Notes: generated by a model not told the origin, from the letters alone. Numbered from the stretch's first letter, positions 25,322 through 35,729 are shown. The stretch is DNA of 64,000 bases from an uncultured Actinomycetes bacterium (GCA_963841415.1 CAWJCN010000004.1:319415-383414); one strand, 5' to 3'. A program made the numbers and translations.

Positions 25322-25579
25322 TTAGGGACCGGGCTCCTCGCCGATCTCCTTGAGCGCCGCCGCGATGGCAACCCGCAGGCGCCGCGCGGTCGCCGGGGCC
25401 AGGTGGGCGACGAGGCCCAGCCCGGCCCGGCCGACCTCCTCCATCGTGAGCACCACTCGCGGCTCGCCCATGCCGCACGCGTCGCAGTCGTCACTGAGTG
25501 CGACGGCCCACGAGACCGGCGGCCGTTCGTCGTCGTCGGCCGGGTGGTCGTCGGTGGCGTCGTCGATCGAACGTCGCAT
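25322..25579 (-). CDS. hypothetical protein
   Basis: ATG at 25579 (MRRSIDDATDD) inside ORF 25322..25666. 85 aa, acidic N-terminus. Confidence 0.45.
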   Translation of the reverse strand: MRRSIDDATDDHPADDDERPPVSWAVALSDDCDACGMGEPRVVLTMEEVGRAGLGLVAHLAPATARRLRVAIAAALKEIGEEPGP

Positions 25580-25652
25580 GCGCGCTCCCGTCTCGGCGTG
25601 GGCACGACACGGTATACATGCGCGTCCCGGACGGCGACACGAGAGGAACCGG

Positions 25653-26435
25653 TTGCACGGGATCATCGAGCACGTCCGTCTCGTCGCCCGCCGCTACGGG
25701 GAGCTCAACGGTCGCACCAGCGCGGCGGCGATCACGCTCTACGGATTCCTGGCGCTGTTCGCGCTCTGCGTGCTCGCGGTCGCGATCGTCGGCATCCTCG
25801 CCACCGGCAACGACGACATCGCGCACGACATCGTGAGCTGGCTCGGCCTCCACGGCGACGCGGCGACGACGGTGACCGACGCGGTGAACACCGCGCAGCA
25901 CAGCGCCAAGGTCGCGAGCGTCGTCGGCATCATCGGCCTCGTCTGGGTGGGCAGCAGCTTCGCGGTCTCGGTGGCGAGCGCGTACGACGTCGCCTGGGGT
26001 GTGCCGTCGCGTTCGACGCGTGCCCGCCTCGTCGGGCTCGGGTGGCTGGCCGGTGGTGCGCTCCTCCTCGCCGCGGGCGGCCTCGTCACCTCGCTCCTGA
26101 CTGCGCTCCCGGCGCTGGTCGCCCCGCTGGTGCTCGTCCTCAGCCTGTCGATCAACACCGCGCTGTGGCTGTGGACGTCGTGGATCCTGCCCAATCGACC
26201 GCGGCCGCCGGTACGCGCCTTGCTGCCGGGCTCGATCGTCGGCGCGGTCGGGCTCGAGGTGCTGAAGATCGCGGGCGGCTACGTGGTACCGCTCATGGTG
26301 GCGAAGTCGTCGGCGGTGTACGGGACGATCGGCGTGGTGTTCGCGCTGCTCGCGTGGCTCTGGGTGTTGGGACGGCTGGTCGTCGTGGTCACGATCGTCG
26401 AGACCTTCGACCGGGTCACGGTTGCAGACGGCTGA
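25653..26435 (+). CDS. YihY/BrkB-family membrane protein
   Basis: TTG at 25653 (LHGIIEHVRLVARRYGEL). Multi-TM with typical family N-terminus AAAITLYGFLALFA. Confidence 0.7.
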   Translation: MHGIIEHVRLVARRYGELNGRTSAAAITLYGFLALFALCVLAVAIVGILATGNDDIAHDIVSWLGLHGDAATTVTDAVNTAQHSAKVASVVGIIGLVWVGSSFAVSVASAYDVAWGVPSRSTRARLVGLGWLAGGALLLAAGGLVTSLLTALPALVAPLVLVLSLSINTALWLWTSWILPNRPRPPVRALLPGSIVGAVGLEVLKIAGGYVVPLMVAKSSAVYGTIGVVFALLAWLWVLGRLVVVVTIVETFDRVTVADG

Positions 26436-27027
26436 TCGGCCACACGCCCTGGGCGGCGCGCATGTAGACGAACCGGTCGTGCAGCCGATCGTCGCGGTGT
26501 TGCCAGAACTCGATCTCGTCGGGAACGACCCGGTATCCGCCCCAGCCTTCGGGACGCGGCACGTCGCGGTCGGCGAACCGCGCTTCGAGGTCGGCGACGC
26601 GCGCCTCGAGCTCCTCGCGGCTCGCGATCGCTTCGCTCTGCGCCGAGGCCCAGGCGCTGATCCGGCTCTCGCGTGGACGGGCGTACCAGTACGCGTCGGA
26701 CTCGGCGCCGGCGACGCGCTCGACCGCGCCGGTGGCGCGCACCTGGCGCAGCACCTCGGGCCAATGGAGCGCGATCGCGGCGTGCGGGTTGGCTGCGAGC
26801 TCGCGGCCCTTGCGGCTGTCGAAGTTGGTGTAGAAGCAGAAGCCGCGTTCGTCGACGCCGCGGAGCAGCACCATGCGTGCCGACGGTCGGCCGTCGGGCG
26901 TGCTGGTCGCCACGACCATGGCGTCGGGCTGGAGCTGTCCGTTCGCCTCCGCGTCGTCGTACCAGCGCTGGAACTGCACGAACGGGGCGGGATCGAGGTC
27001 GCTCGCGTGCAATGGACGGGCGGGCAT
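26416..27027 (-). CDS. pdxH: pyridoxamine 5-prime-phosphate oxidase
   Basis: ATG at 27027. ARMVLLRGVDERGFCFYTNFDSRKG, EFWQHRDDRLHDR, C-terminal RLQP. Confidence 0.9.
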   Translation of the reverse strand: MPARPLHASDLDPAPFVQFQRWYDDAEANGQLQPDAMVVATSTPDGRPSARMVLLRGVDERGFCFYTNFDSRKGRELAANPHAAIALHWPEVLRQVRATGAVERVAGAESDAYWYARPRESRISAWASAQSEAIASREELEARVADLEARFADRDVPRPEGWGGYRVVPDEIEFWQHRDDRLHDRFVYMRAAQGVWPISRLQP

Positions 27028-27069
27028 CGGCACGAACCCGAGGCTACGGGGTGACGGTAAGGTGCGCGC

Positions 27070-27591
27070 ATGCCGTTCCACCACGTCGCAGTGGCGACCA
27101 ACGATCTCGAGGCCACCCGCGCCTTCTACACCGAAGCGATGGGCTTCCCGTTGGTGAAGGTGGAGGCCGCGGCCACGCTCGAGCAGACCGGCTGGGCGCG
27201 GCACGTGTTCTTCGACACCGGCGACGGCCAGCTGTTCGCGGTGTGGGACCTGCACGACGACACCATCCCGGAGTTCGATCCCGCGATCAGCCGCGGGCTC
27301 GGGTTGCCCACGTGGGTGAACCACATCGCGTTCGCGGCATCGTCGCTCGACGATCTCGCAGCGCGGCGCAAGCGCTTGCTCGACCACGGCCACGACGTGA
27401 TCGAGATCGACCACGGTTGGTGCACGTCCATCTACGCCAACGACCCCAACGGCACCCTCGTGGAGTTCTGCTGCACGACGCGCCGCTTCACCGAGACGGA
27501 CGTCGAGGAAGCCGAGCGGTTGGTCGCGGTCGACGAGCCCCCACTTGCCGAGACTCCCTCGTTCGAGATCTACGAGGCGAACCCGGCGTAG
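27070..27591 (+). CDS. VOC (glyoxalase/bleomycin-resistance) family protein
   Basis: MPFHHVAVATNDLEATRAFYTEAMGFPLV. Confidence 0.75.
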   Translation: MPFHHVAVATNDLEATRAFYTEAMGFPLVKVEAAATLEQTGWARHVFFDTGDGQLFAVWDLHDDTIPEFDPAISRGLGLPTWVNHIAFAASSLDDLAARRKRLLDHGHDVIEIDHGWCTSIYANDPNGTLVEFCCTTRRFTETDVEEAERLVAVDEPPLAETPSFEIYEANPA

Positions 27592-28115
27592 TCAGCTGCG
27601 CGGGGTGATGCCGCAGTCGCGGCGGATGCTCTCGAGTGGTGCGTCGGCGAGTGCGAGGTGATCCAGCATCGAGAAGTCGCGCGTGCATGCCGCGCCGCGC
27701 CGGAAGGCCTCGCCGAGCTCAGCCGGTGAACCAGGCCGGTCGAGCGCACCCACCCTCGGCGTGAGCTCGTTGATGTCGAAGGTGCCCGACTCGAACAACG
27801 ACAGCGAGGCGATCAATCCGGAGAAGTGATGCTCGAACCCGGTCGCGCTGGTGAGCATGGTGCGCGTCGCCCTCGTCGCCGTGGCGACAGAACTCGAGCA
27901 CCACCAACAGGTCGACGACGCGCTTGGCGTCGGCGGCGTCCACCTCGGCCGCAAGCTCCGCGGGGGGACATCGGTTCCAGCGCCGTGGCGTCGGCCTCGA
28001 CACCGAAGTACCCGTCGAGCAACCCCTGGACGAGGCGAAGCTGCTCGGGCGTCGGCCCGTCGCCCACCTGCGCCGCTCCGACCAAGCCCCGCGCGATCAC
28101 CAAACCCTCCGCCAC
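27592..28115 (-). CDS. hypothetical protein, reading frame broken twice
   Basis: Coding-like segments run through three frames. MAEGLVIARGLVGAAQVGDGPTPEQLRLVQGLLDGYFG (27813..28115), then AELAAEVDAADAKRVVDLLVVLEFCRHGDEGDA (27719..28003 frame), then MLTSATGFEHHFSGLIASLSLFESG... (27592.. frame). Confidence 0.45.
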
Positions 28116-28239
28116 GGAGGGTGATGTTCACCACGTCGAACGGCGTCCAAAACCGCGGGCGACGACGCCTTGTTGATCAATGATCGATAAACGCCGCGAG
28201 CGGGTCGTGCGTCGAGGGACCGTGGCAGAGCTGTACACG

Positions 28240-28824
28240 ATGGTCGCGACTCCGACGGGAGTACCGTCAGCGACACGGCGGCGCGCCCAGACCCTCGGCG
28301 GACAGGTGGATGACGAGCGGATCCGAGAATTCGTCGACGGTGAGTACCCGAAGGTCGTCGCGACCGTCGCGCTGGTGTGCGGCAGCGTCGCCACCGCCGA
28401 GGACGCGGTGCAGGAGGCGCTCGCTCGTGCGTGGGAGCGACTCGACCGTGGCGACGGCATCGACCGGCTCCCGGCCTGGGTCACCACGGTCGCGCTCAAC
28501 CTGGCGCGGAGCCAGATGCGGCGTTGGCGGTCGGAACGGCGGGCCCGTGACCGGCTCGGCCCGCTGCGCGACGACCTGAGCGACGCGCCCGCCGCGAGTG
28601 GCGACGCGCACGCGGTGCGCGAAGCGCTGCGGGGGTTGCCGCGCCGACAACGAGAGGTGACCGTGCTGCGCTACTACCTCGGGCTCGACGTGCGCGAGAT
28701 CGCCGATCACTTGGGCATCGCCGAGGGCACGGTGAAGGCGATGCTGTTCCGCGCCCGTCAGTCGCTGGCGGTCGCGCTCGGCGATCGGGACGACGACGGG
28801 GAGGTGGACCGTGTCGACGGATGA
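28240..28824 (+). CDS. ECF-type RNA polymerase sigma factor
   Basis: Region 2 AEDAVQEALARAWERL and region 4 REVTVLRYYLGLDVREIADHLGIAEGTVKAMLFRAR. Start uncertain (track 28180). Confidence 0.85.
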   Translation: MVATPTGVPSATRRRAQTLGGQVDDERIREFVDGEYPKVVATVALVCGSVATAEDAVQEALARAWERLDRGDGIDRLPAWVTTVALNLARSQMRRWRSERRARDRLGPLRDDLSDAPAASGDAHAVREALRGLPRRQREVTVLRYYLGLDVREIADHLGIAEGTVKAMLFRARQSLAVALGDRDDDGEVDRVDG

Positions 28825-30010
28825 TCCGCGCCTCGAGCAGGCGCTGCACGACGCGGCCCCGACGGTCGGAACGGTCGGCGTGGTCGAACGGGTCACGAGC
28901 CACCGTCGTCGCCGGCGTCGCAACCGCCGGTACGCGGCGGGCGCGCTCGCGCTGGTCGTGCTGCTCGTGGTCGGTACCGTCGCAGTGCTGACGGCGGGCG
29001 ACGAAGGATCGTCGCCGCACGTCGCCGCGCCGGGCGCGGGGTACCAGGCTCGGATCATCTCCGGCGACGGGTCGGTGTCCGACGGCGCTGGCAGCATCGT
29101 GACGCCGCAGCAGGTCACGCTCGATCAGGACGCGCACACCCTGCGGCCACCACTGCTGGTGGGCGCCAACGCGCTGTCGTCGGCCAGCTACGACGGGATC
29201 GAGGGCATCGATCCGTCGCACGTGGTGCGCGTCGACGGCGCTCGGGTGGTCGACATCGTGAACTTGAAGGCGCGCATCCTCTCGCTCACCGAGGGTGAGG
29301 GTGCGCGCTGGGCGCTGACCCAGAACCACGGGCTGAGCCCCGGCGCCAACGTTCCCGACACGTTCTTGAAGCGCATCCCGCAAGATGGCAAGGCGATCTC
29401 CCTGCCGCTGCCCACGAACACCGACCCCGTGGGGCCGATCGCGGCGGTCAGCGGCGCGGTGTGGGTGCCGGTGCGCGACGGTGTGCTGCGGGTCGACCCG
29501 AACAGCTTCGACGTGAACCACGTGCAGCACATCACGTTGCCCTCCGCCGACGCGCGCTGGGTCGCCCAAGTGGGCAAGTTCGCGTACGTCACCGATGGGA
29601 ACACGCTCCGGGGCTTCGACATCTCAGGGGGCATGAGCGACACGATCACCTTCGGCCCCGAGATCCTCGGTCTCGCGTCCGCGAACTCCGACGGTCGCGT
29701 GCTGCTGGCCAACGAGCAGGGTGGGAGCGAGCGTGCTCGGGTCGCACGAGCCGCGCACACCAGCTCCGTCCAGGTCACGGGAGTGCTCCCCCGCGGCTTC
29801 GTACCCACCGGCCTGGCCGCGTCCACCACACGCGTCTGGGCCACCGGCAACGTCGACGGGGCGCCCGCGATCGTGCTCCTCGGTGACGACGGCGTGCGCG
29901 CCACGATCGTGCTCGAGAACGCAGGCGACGAGACCGCGCTCGTCTGGACCGGTCCGCACACGGTGCGGGCCGTGTCGGGTGGCGCGCTGTACGACATCGC
30001 GCTGCCGTGA
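28811..30010 (+). CDS. single-pass membrane protein, putative anti-sigma factor
   Basis: Overlaps the sigma-factor stop. Short cytoplasmic N-terminus, one TM (ALALVVLLVVGTVAVL), large extracytoplasmic domain. Confidence 0.5.
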   Translation: MSTDDPRLEQALHDAAPTVGTVGVVERVTSHRRRRRRNRRYAAGALALVVLLVVGTVAVLTAGDEGSSPHVAAPGAGYQARIISGDGSVSDGAGSIVTPQQVTLDQDAHTLRPPLLVGANALSSASYDGIEGIDPSHVVRVDGARVVDIVNLKARILSLTEGEGARWALTQNHGLSPGANVPDTFLKRIPQDGKAISLPLPTNTDPVGPIAAVSGAVWVPVRDGVLRVDPNSFDVNHVQHITLPSADARWVAQVGKFAYVTDGNTLRGFDISGGMSDTITFGPEILGLASANSDGRVLLANEQGGSERARVARAAHTSSVQVTGVLPRGFVPTGLAASTTRVWATGNVDGAPAIVLLGDDGVRATIVLENAGDETALVWTGPHTVRAVSGGALYDIALP

Positions 30011-30061
30011 GGCAACCGTTCGCGCTCCCCCGGCGTCGAGCAGACGTCGGAGGGAGACATC

Positions 30062-31321
30062 ATGCGCAAGTCGATGCTGGCGACGACGCTCGCAGTGCTC
30101 GCGCTGCTGGCCACCGCGTGCGGCGGAGGCGGCGGCGGCGACGACGTCTCGGTCGACAGCAACCGCACGCGGCCCGAGATCCTCTACCTCGGCAGCCGGA
30201 GTGCGATCACTGCGCTCGCGCCGAAGAGCGGTCGCGTGCGCTTCCAAGAAGCCAGCGCGGTGCCGAGCCGCGACTGGTCCGTGCTCTACAGCGCCACCAG
30301 CGAGGGCTCGAGCACCACCCTGCGCACCCTCGACCCGGCGACCGGCGACGAGCGCGCCCGCCGCACCCTGCCCGGCATCTTCACCGTCCGCGCCGTCTCG
30401 GAGGACGGCGCGATGGTCGCGCTCACTCCGCCCGAAGGTGGCGACACCTACCACCCCGCGGGCAAGGACCCGACGCGGATCGTCGTCGTGCACCGTGACG
30501 ATCCCGAGCTCCAGGTGCTCGACGTCCCCGGCAACGTCGAACCCGAGGCCTTCTCGCTGTCGGGTGACGCGCTGTTCGTGATCGACTTCGTGCCGCCCCT
30601 CGCGCCCGAGCGCTACCGCGTCGCACGTCTCGACCTCACGCGTGGCACGGTCGACGACGTGCGCAGCAACGAGCGAGAGCTCCAGGAGCCGATGCGGGGC
30701 TCGGCGCGAGCGCAGGTGATGGCGCCCGACGGTCGCCGCCTCTACACGCTGTACACGCGCGACGCGACCGACACCGAACCCGCCGAGGCCTTCGTGCACG
30801 TGCTCGACCTGGACGCCGAGACCGCCACGTGCGTCGATCTGCCGGCTGAGTTCGCGACCAACCCGCTCGGTGCCCTCGCCGTGTCGCCGTCCGGATCGCA
30901 CCTGTACGTGGTCGCACCCTTCGTCGGCGTCATCGCCGACCTCGACACGCACGCGCTCACGGTCGCGCGGACCGGGACCTTCGCCCTGCCCCCGGGCGGC
31001 GTCGGGGGAACGGCCCGGGCCACCGCCACGGAATCGACGCTGTACCTGTCGAGCGACAACCAGCTTGCGCCGGTGGCACTCGACGACCTGCGCGCCGGCG
31101 ACTGGGTGGCCGCACCCGGCGTCATCACCGGCATCCAGCCCGCGACCGACGAGACCGCGCTCTACGTGTCGCTGGTCGACCGGGTGCTGGTGGTCGATCC
31201 ACGCACGCTCGCCCCGCGTCGCGAGGTCACCGTCCCGACGACGGACACCGCCCCCGTCGACCACCTGGCCCCGGCTCTCCCGCCGATCGCCCCGGGCGGC
31301 TACACAAAGTGCGCCTGCTGA
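30062..31321 (+). CDS. lipoprotein, beta-propeller-like
   Basis: Lipobox LLATAC followed by a Gly run. Repeated strand-like motifs. No family assigned. Confidence 0.55.
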   Translation: MRKSMLATTLAVLALLATACGGGGGGDDVSVDSNRTRPEILYLGSRSAITALAPKSGRVRFQEASAVPSRDWSVLYSATSEGSSTTLRTLDPATGDERARRTLPGIFTVRAVSEDGAMVALTPPEGGDTYHPAGKDPTRIVVVHRDDPELQVLDVPGNVEPEAFSLSGDALFVIDFVPPLAPERYRVARLDLTRGTVDDVRSNERELQEPMRGSARAQVMAPDGRRLYTLYTRDATDTEPAEAFVHVLDLDAETATCVDLPAEFATNPLGALAVSPSGSHLYVVAPFVGVIADLDTHALTVARTGTFALPPGGVGGTARATATESTLYLSSDNQLAPVALDDLRAGDWVAAPGVITGIQPATDETALYVSLVDRVLVVDPRTLAPRREVTVPTTDTAPVDHLAPALPPIAPGGYTKCAC

Positions 31322-31358
31322 TGCTGCGCCGCCGACGCCCCGGGTAGGGTCACGCGGC

Positions 31359-32585
31359 ATGGAGTTCGAGCCGAGCGCGCGCACGCAGGAGCTGCACGCT
31401 CGGCTCGACGACTTCATCGCCGAGTCCGTCGATCCCGCCGAGGCGATCTACGTCGATCAGGTCCGCGCATCGGGTGACCCGCATTTCCACCCACCGGTCA
31501 TGGAGGAGCTCAAGGCCGAGGCGCGCCGGCGCGGCTTGTGGAACCTCTTCCTCCCCGACTCCGACCTCGGTGGCGGCCTCACCAACCTCGAGTACGCACC
31601 GCTCTGCGAGCGCATGGGCCAGTCGCCACTGTCGCAGGAGGCGACGAACTGCTCCGCGCCCGACACCGGGAACATGGAGCTGCTTGCCAAGTTCGCGACG
31701 CCGCTCCAACGCGAGCACTTCCTCGACCCGCTGCTCGACGGCACCATCCGGTCGTGCTTCGCGATGACCGAGCCCTGGGTGGCGAGCTCCGACGCCACCA
31801 ACATCCGGAGCCGCATCGAGCGCGACGGCGAGCACTACGTGGTGAACGCGCACAAGTGGTTCACGACCGGCGCAGCGTCGTCGCACTGCACGTTCGCGAT
31901 CGTCATGGGGGTGTCGGATCCCGACGCCGACCGTCACCGCCGTCACAGCATGGTGATCGTGCCCTTCGACGCACCAGGCGTGTCGGTGGAGCGCTCGCTC
32001 CCGATCTTCGACCACGATGCGGGCGGCGGTCACTGCGAGACGTTGTTCACCGACGTGCGCGTCCCGAAGGAGCTCCTCCTCGGCGAGGAGGGCGCAGGGT
32101 TCGCGCTCGCGCAGGCACGGTTGGGCCCCGGACGCATCCACCACTGCATGCGCGCCATCGGGATGGCCGAGAAGGCCTTGCGCCTGCTGTGCGAGCGCGT
32201 GCAACAGCGCGTGGCGTTCGGGCACCCCCTGGCCGATCAGGGAACGATCCAGGCGCAGGTCGCCGAGTCGCGCATCGAGATCGAGCAGGCCCGCCTGCTG
32301 ACGCTGAAGGCGGCGTGGCTCATCGACACCGTCGGCGCCAAGGGCGCCCGGTTCGAGATCTCCGCCATCAAGGTGGTGGCGGCGCGCCTGGCGACGACCG
32401 TGATCGACCGCGCCATCCAAGCGTTCGGCGCCGCCGGCGTCACCAACGACTGGCCGCTCGCCGAGATGTACGGCCACGCCCGCACGCTGCACTTCGTCGA
32501 CGGTCCCGACGAGGTGCACCTCCAGCAGATCGCGCGCCGCGAGCTGCGCGGCTACGAGCAGTACCGGACGATACGGTCGCGATGA
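31359..32585 (+). CDS. acyl-CoA dehydrogenase (ACAD10/11 / FadE-like)
   Basis: ATG at 31359. CFAMTEPWVASSDATN, WFTTGA, ARLGPGRIHHCMRAIG, FGAAGV motifs. Confidence 0.85.
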   Translation: MEFEPSARTQELHARLDDFIAESVDPAEAIYVDQVRASGDPHFHPPVMEELKAEARRRGLWNLFLPDSDLGGGLTNLEYAPLCERMGQSPLSQEATNCSAPDTGNMELLAKFATPLQREHFLDPLLDGTIRSCFAMTEPWVASSDATNIRSRIERDGEHYVVNAHKWFTTGAASSHCTFAIVMGVSDPDADRHRRHSMVIVPFDAPGVSVERSLPIFDHDAGGGHCETLFTDVRVPKELLLGEEGAGFALAQARLGPGRIHHCMRAIGMAEKALRLLCERVQQRVAFGHPLADQGTIQAQVAESRIEIEQARLLTLKAAWLIDTVGAKGARFEISAIKVVAARLATTVIDRAIQAFGAAGVTNDWPLAEMYGHARTLHFVDGPDEVHLQQIARRELRGYEQYRTIRSR

Positions 32586-33492
32586 AGGTGCGGATCGGCT
32601 ACGGAATCGGCACGCAGGGCCTGGCCGACGGCGGCGCGCGCTTCGCCGAGCTGGTGGATGCGCTCGAGGGGCTCGGCTTCGACTCGCTCTGGTGTTCGGA
32701 GCGCGCCACCGGTCCGATCCCCGAGCCGATGGTGTCACTCGCGTTCGCGGCGGGGCGCACGCGGAAGCTCAAACTCGGAACGAGCGTGCAGGTGCTGCCG
32801 GGCCGCAACCCCGTGCTCCTGGCCAAGCAGTGGGCGAGCCTCGACGTGCTGTCGGGGGGTCGCGCGCTGCCGGCGTTCGGCCTCGGTGTGGTCGAGCCGC
32901 ACGAGCAGCAGGCGTTCGGCGTGACCCGCGAAGAGCGCGCGCCGTGGTTCGACGAGGCGCTCCCGTTGCTCCGCCGGCTCTGGACCGAGGACACCGTCGA
33001 CCACGACGGGCCCCGATTCCACTACGAGGGCGTGTCGATCGGGACCCGCCCGATCCAACAGCCGCCTGACGTGTGGCTGGGCGGGCGCGCGCCCGCGAGC
33101 TGCGGCGCGTCGGCGAGCTCGCCGACGGCTGGCTGCCGAGCTTCTGCACGCCCGCCGTCGTCGCCGAGGGACGCGGCCAGGTCGAGGCAGCCGCGTCGGC
33201 GGCCGGGCGCACGATCGACCACGAGCACTACGGCGCGATGGTGTTCTACGGTCGCACCGAGGTGCCCGAGCCCTACAACAGCATGGTCGGCGCGCGACTC
33301 GGCTTCGACGCCGACGACGTCATCGTCGTGGGCATCCCCGCGCTGCGCGACCGACTCGAGGAATTCCTCGCGGTCGGTTTCTCCAAGCTCGTGCTGGTCC
33401 CGGTGCAGGAGGCCGAGTCGTGGCGACGCGAGCTCGAGGAGCTCGCCGCGGGTCTCCTCGACCTCCAGGGCACCCGCGAGTTCACTCCCTGA
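32582..33492 (+). CDS. LLM-class (luciferase-like) F420/flavin-dependent oxidoreductase, frame broken near 33085-33100
   Basis: ATGA overlap with the ACAD stop. N-terminal part MKVRIGYGIG...FDSLWCSER...PPDVWLGGRAP in one frame, then RELRRVGELADGWLPSF... in ORF 33073..33492. Confidence 0.75.
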
Positions 33493-33540
33493 CCGCGACT
33501 CCCACCCGGTCTCCGGAGACCGGGCGGGAGTCGCCTGGGC

Positions 33541-33777
33541 TCACATGTTCGGGCAGTTGCCCTGGGCTGCGCCCGTCGAGGCAGAGCCCGTTGCGGGAGT
33601 CGTGGTCGACGAGCTCCCGTTGTCGGTGCTCGTCGAGCTGCTCCCCGTGCTCGAGGACGAGCTCGAGCTGTCGCTGGTCTGTGCGTGCGCGACCATCGCG
33701 CCGCCGCCGATCATGGCGCCGGCGAGTCCCACCGACAACAGACCACTGCGAATCCACTTCCGCTTCTGCATGTGCAT
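33541..33777 (-). CDS. small secreted Ser/Thr-rich protein
   Basis: MHMQKRKWIRSGLLSVGLAGAMIGGGAMVAHA signal peptide, then a poly-Ser/Thr low-complexity region ending GNCPNM. Confidence 0.45.
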   Translation of the reverse strand: MHMQKRKWIRSGLLSVGLAGAMIGGGAMVAHAQTSDSSSSSSSTGSSSTSTDNGSSSTTTPATGSASTGAAQGNCPNM

Positions 33778-33925
33778 CACCTCCTCTCGCAGCGTGTGTG
33801 TCGGCGTCACCCAACACGTGGCGCGCTCGAGAGACCTCTGAAGTCGGGTAAGAGGCGTTCAAGAATGTGTCGTTCCCAGCCGATGCTCAGCGCGCGCACA
33901 GGACTCGCGGGCGACCCTCGGGCGC

Positions 33926-34984
33926 ATGCCGTCTCGCCTCCGTCGCACGACACGGACGCTGTTCGTCGCGATCTCGATCGCAAGCACGTTCGCCGTCCCG
34001 ATCGCCCGCGCCGACGCCGCGACCGCGCGAGTCTCGATCGGTGCGGGACTGCGCGGCCCGAGCAGTGTCACCGCGACGGTGTACGCGACCGGCCTGAAGC
34101 ACGCGTCGGCGTTCGCGACCGATGCGCAAGGACGCCTGTGGGTGGCGACCGCGGCGGCGAGCGACAAGGGCAAGGACGCCGTCTACCTCGTGATCACCAC
34201 GGGCGCGGCGCCGCAGAAGGTCGTGACCGATGTGCACACGCCGCTCGGGCTGGTGTGGGTGGACGACACGCTGTACGTCTCGCAGCACGACGGTGTGCTC
34301 AGGCTCAGCGGCTTCGACGGGACGATGTTCGCGTCGCGTACCACGGTCGTCTCGTTCCCCGACGGTACCGGCGAGGTCAACGGCATCGCGCTGGGCGCCG
34401 ACGGGCGGCTGTACGTGGGCATCTCGGCGTCGTGCGACTCGTGCACACCGTCCGACGCGTACTCGGCGTCGGTGGTGTCGTTCCTGCCCGACGCCACTGA
34501 TCTCGAGGTGTTCGCCACCGACATCCGCGCCGCGGTCGGGCTCGCGTTCTTCCCGGGGACGAACGACCTGTTCGTCACCATGAACCAGCGCGACGACCTC
34601 GGCGCGAAGACCCCGGGAGACTGGCTCGCGCTCGTCCGGCACGGTCAGTCCTGGGGCTTCCCGTCGTGCTACGGCCAGGACACCGCACAGTGCTCCGCAC
34701 TCCCGGAGCCGGTGGCGGTGCTCGACAAGCACGCGGCGGTCAGTGGCGTCGCGATCGTCACCGGCCAGCTCGGCACCAGCGTCGGAACCGGCGCGGTCGT
34801 CGCCGAGTGGGTGACGGGCAAGGTCGAGCTCGTGCGGCTGACCGCGTCGAGCTCCGGGTACACGGGGAAGACGACCACGTTCCTGACCGGCTTCACGAAC
34901 CCGGTGCCGGTGCTGCTCGACGGCAACGGTGCACTCTTCGTCGGCGACTGGACGACCGGCAGGATCTACCGGATCACCGGGTGA
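33926..34984 (+). CDS. PQQ-dependent sugar (sorbosone/glucose) dehydrogenase-like beta-propeller, secreted
   Basis: Signal peptide. PLGLVWVDDTLYVS, GADGRLYVGISAS, NQRDDLG..GQSWGFPSCYG resemble the soluble GSDH family. Confidence 0.6.
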   Translation: MPSRLRRTTRTLFVAISIASTFAVPIARADAATARVSIGAGLRGPSSVTATVYATGLKHASAFATDAQGRLWVATAAASDKGKDAVYLVITTGAAPQKVVTDVHTPLGLVWVDDTLYVSQHDGVLRLSGFDGTMFASRTTVVSFPDGTGEVNGIALGADGRLYVGISASCDSCTPSDAYSASVVSFLPDATDLEVFATDIRAAVGLAFFPGTNDLFVTMNQRDDLGAKTPGDWLALVRHGQSWGFPSCYGQDTAQCSALPEPVAVLDKHAAVSGVAIVTGQLGTSVGTGAVVAEWVTGKVELVRLTASSSGYTGKTTTFLTGFTNPVPVLLDGNGALFVGDWTTGRIYRITG

Positions 34985-34985
34985 C

Positions 34986-35729
34986 TCACGCGAGCAGGGC
35001 GGCGCCGACGTACGGGATCACGCTCACGATGTCGAGGTGACGCAGGTAGCCGGTCATCGAACCGAACTCGTCGTCGACGCGACCGAGGAAGTGCAGCATG
35101 GTGAACGGGTCGGCTGCGAGCAGCGCGGGGAGATACGGACCCAACGCACGGCGGTGGTCGTCGTCGAGCTGTGCGATCAGTGAGTCGACCGTCCGAAACG
35201 CGGCGTAGCGACTGCGCGAGTAGTCCTCGACGATGTGGCGGATCGGCACGCCGATGGCCCGCAACACGAGCGCCACCACGACACCCGTGCGGTCCTTGCC
35301 CAGCGAGCACTGGATCACCGCCGGATAGGCCGCGGGATCGGTCAGGACCGCGAACACTTCGGTGATCGACGCGCTGCTCGCGCAACACAGGTCGAAGTAG
35401 CGGTCGGCGACGTAGAGCGGATCGCGCCATCGCTCCCACTCGTCGCCGGCACCGAGGAGATCGCCGAGCGGGAGATGGTGTCGCGTCGCGCCGGGCGCGA
35501 CGACGTCGGCCGACCACGCGACCTCGTCGTCGCTGCGCAGGTCGATCACGGTGGCCACCCCGAGCTCCTGGAGCCGACGCCGATCACCCGCGGTGGCGGC
35601 GACGAGAGCATTCGAGCGGTACAGCCGTCGTCGCCGCAGCATTGCGCCGTTCGCGGTGGGGACGCCGCCCACGTCGCGGAAGTTCGCGCAGCCCTCCAGC
35701 TCCTCACCCGTGAGCTCGGTGCGGTGCAT
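34986..35729 (-). CDS. protein tyrosine/serine phosphatase
   Basis: CX5R active site in IQCSLGKDRTGVVVA. NFRDVGG N-terminal motif. Start taken at the internal ATG (MHRTELTG); track start is 35804. Confidence 0.75.
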   Translation of the reverse strand: MHRTELTGEELEGCANFRDVGGVPTANGAMLRRRRLYRSNALVAATAGDRRRLQELGVATVIDLRSDDEVAWSADVVAPGATRHHLPLGDLLGAGDEWERWRDPLYVADRYFDLCCASSASITEVFAVLTDPAAYPAVIQCSLGKDRTGVVVALVLRAIGVPIRHIVEDYSRSRYAAFRTVDSLIAQLDDDHRRALGPYLPALLAADPFTMLHFLGRVDDEFGSMTGYLRHLDIVSVIPYVGAALLA

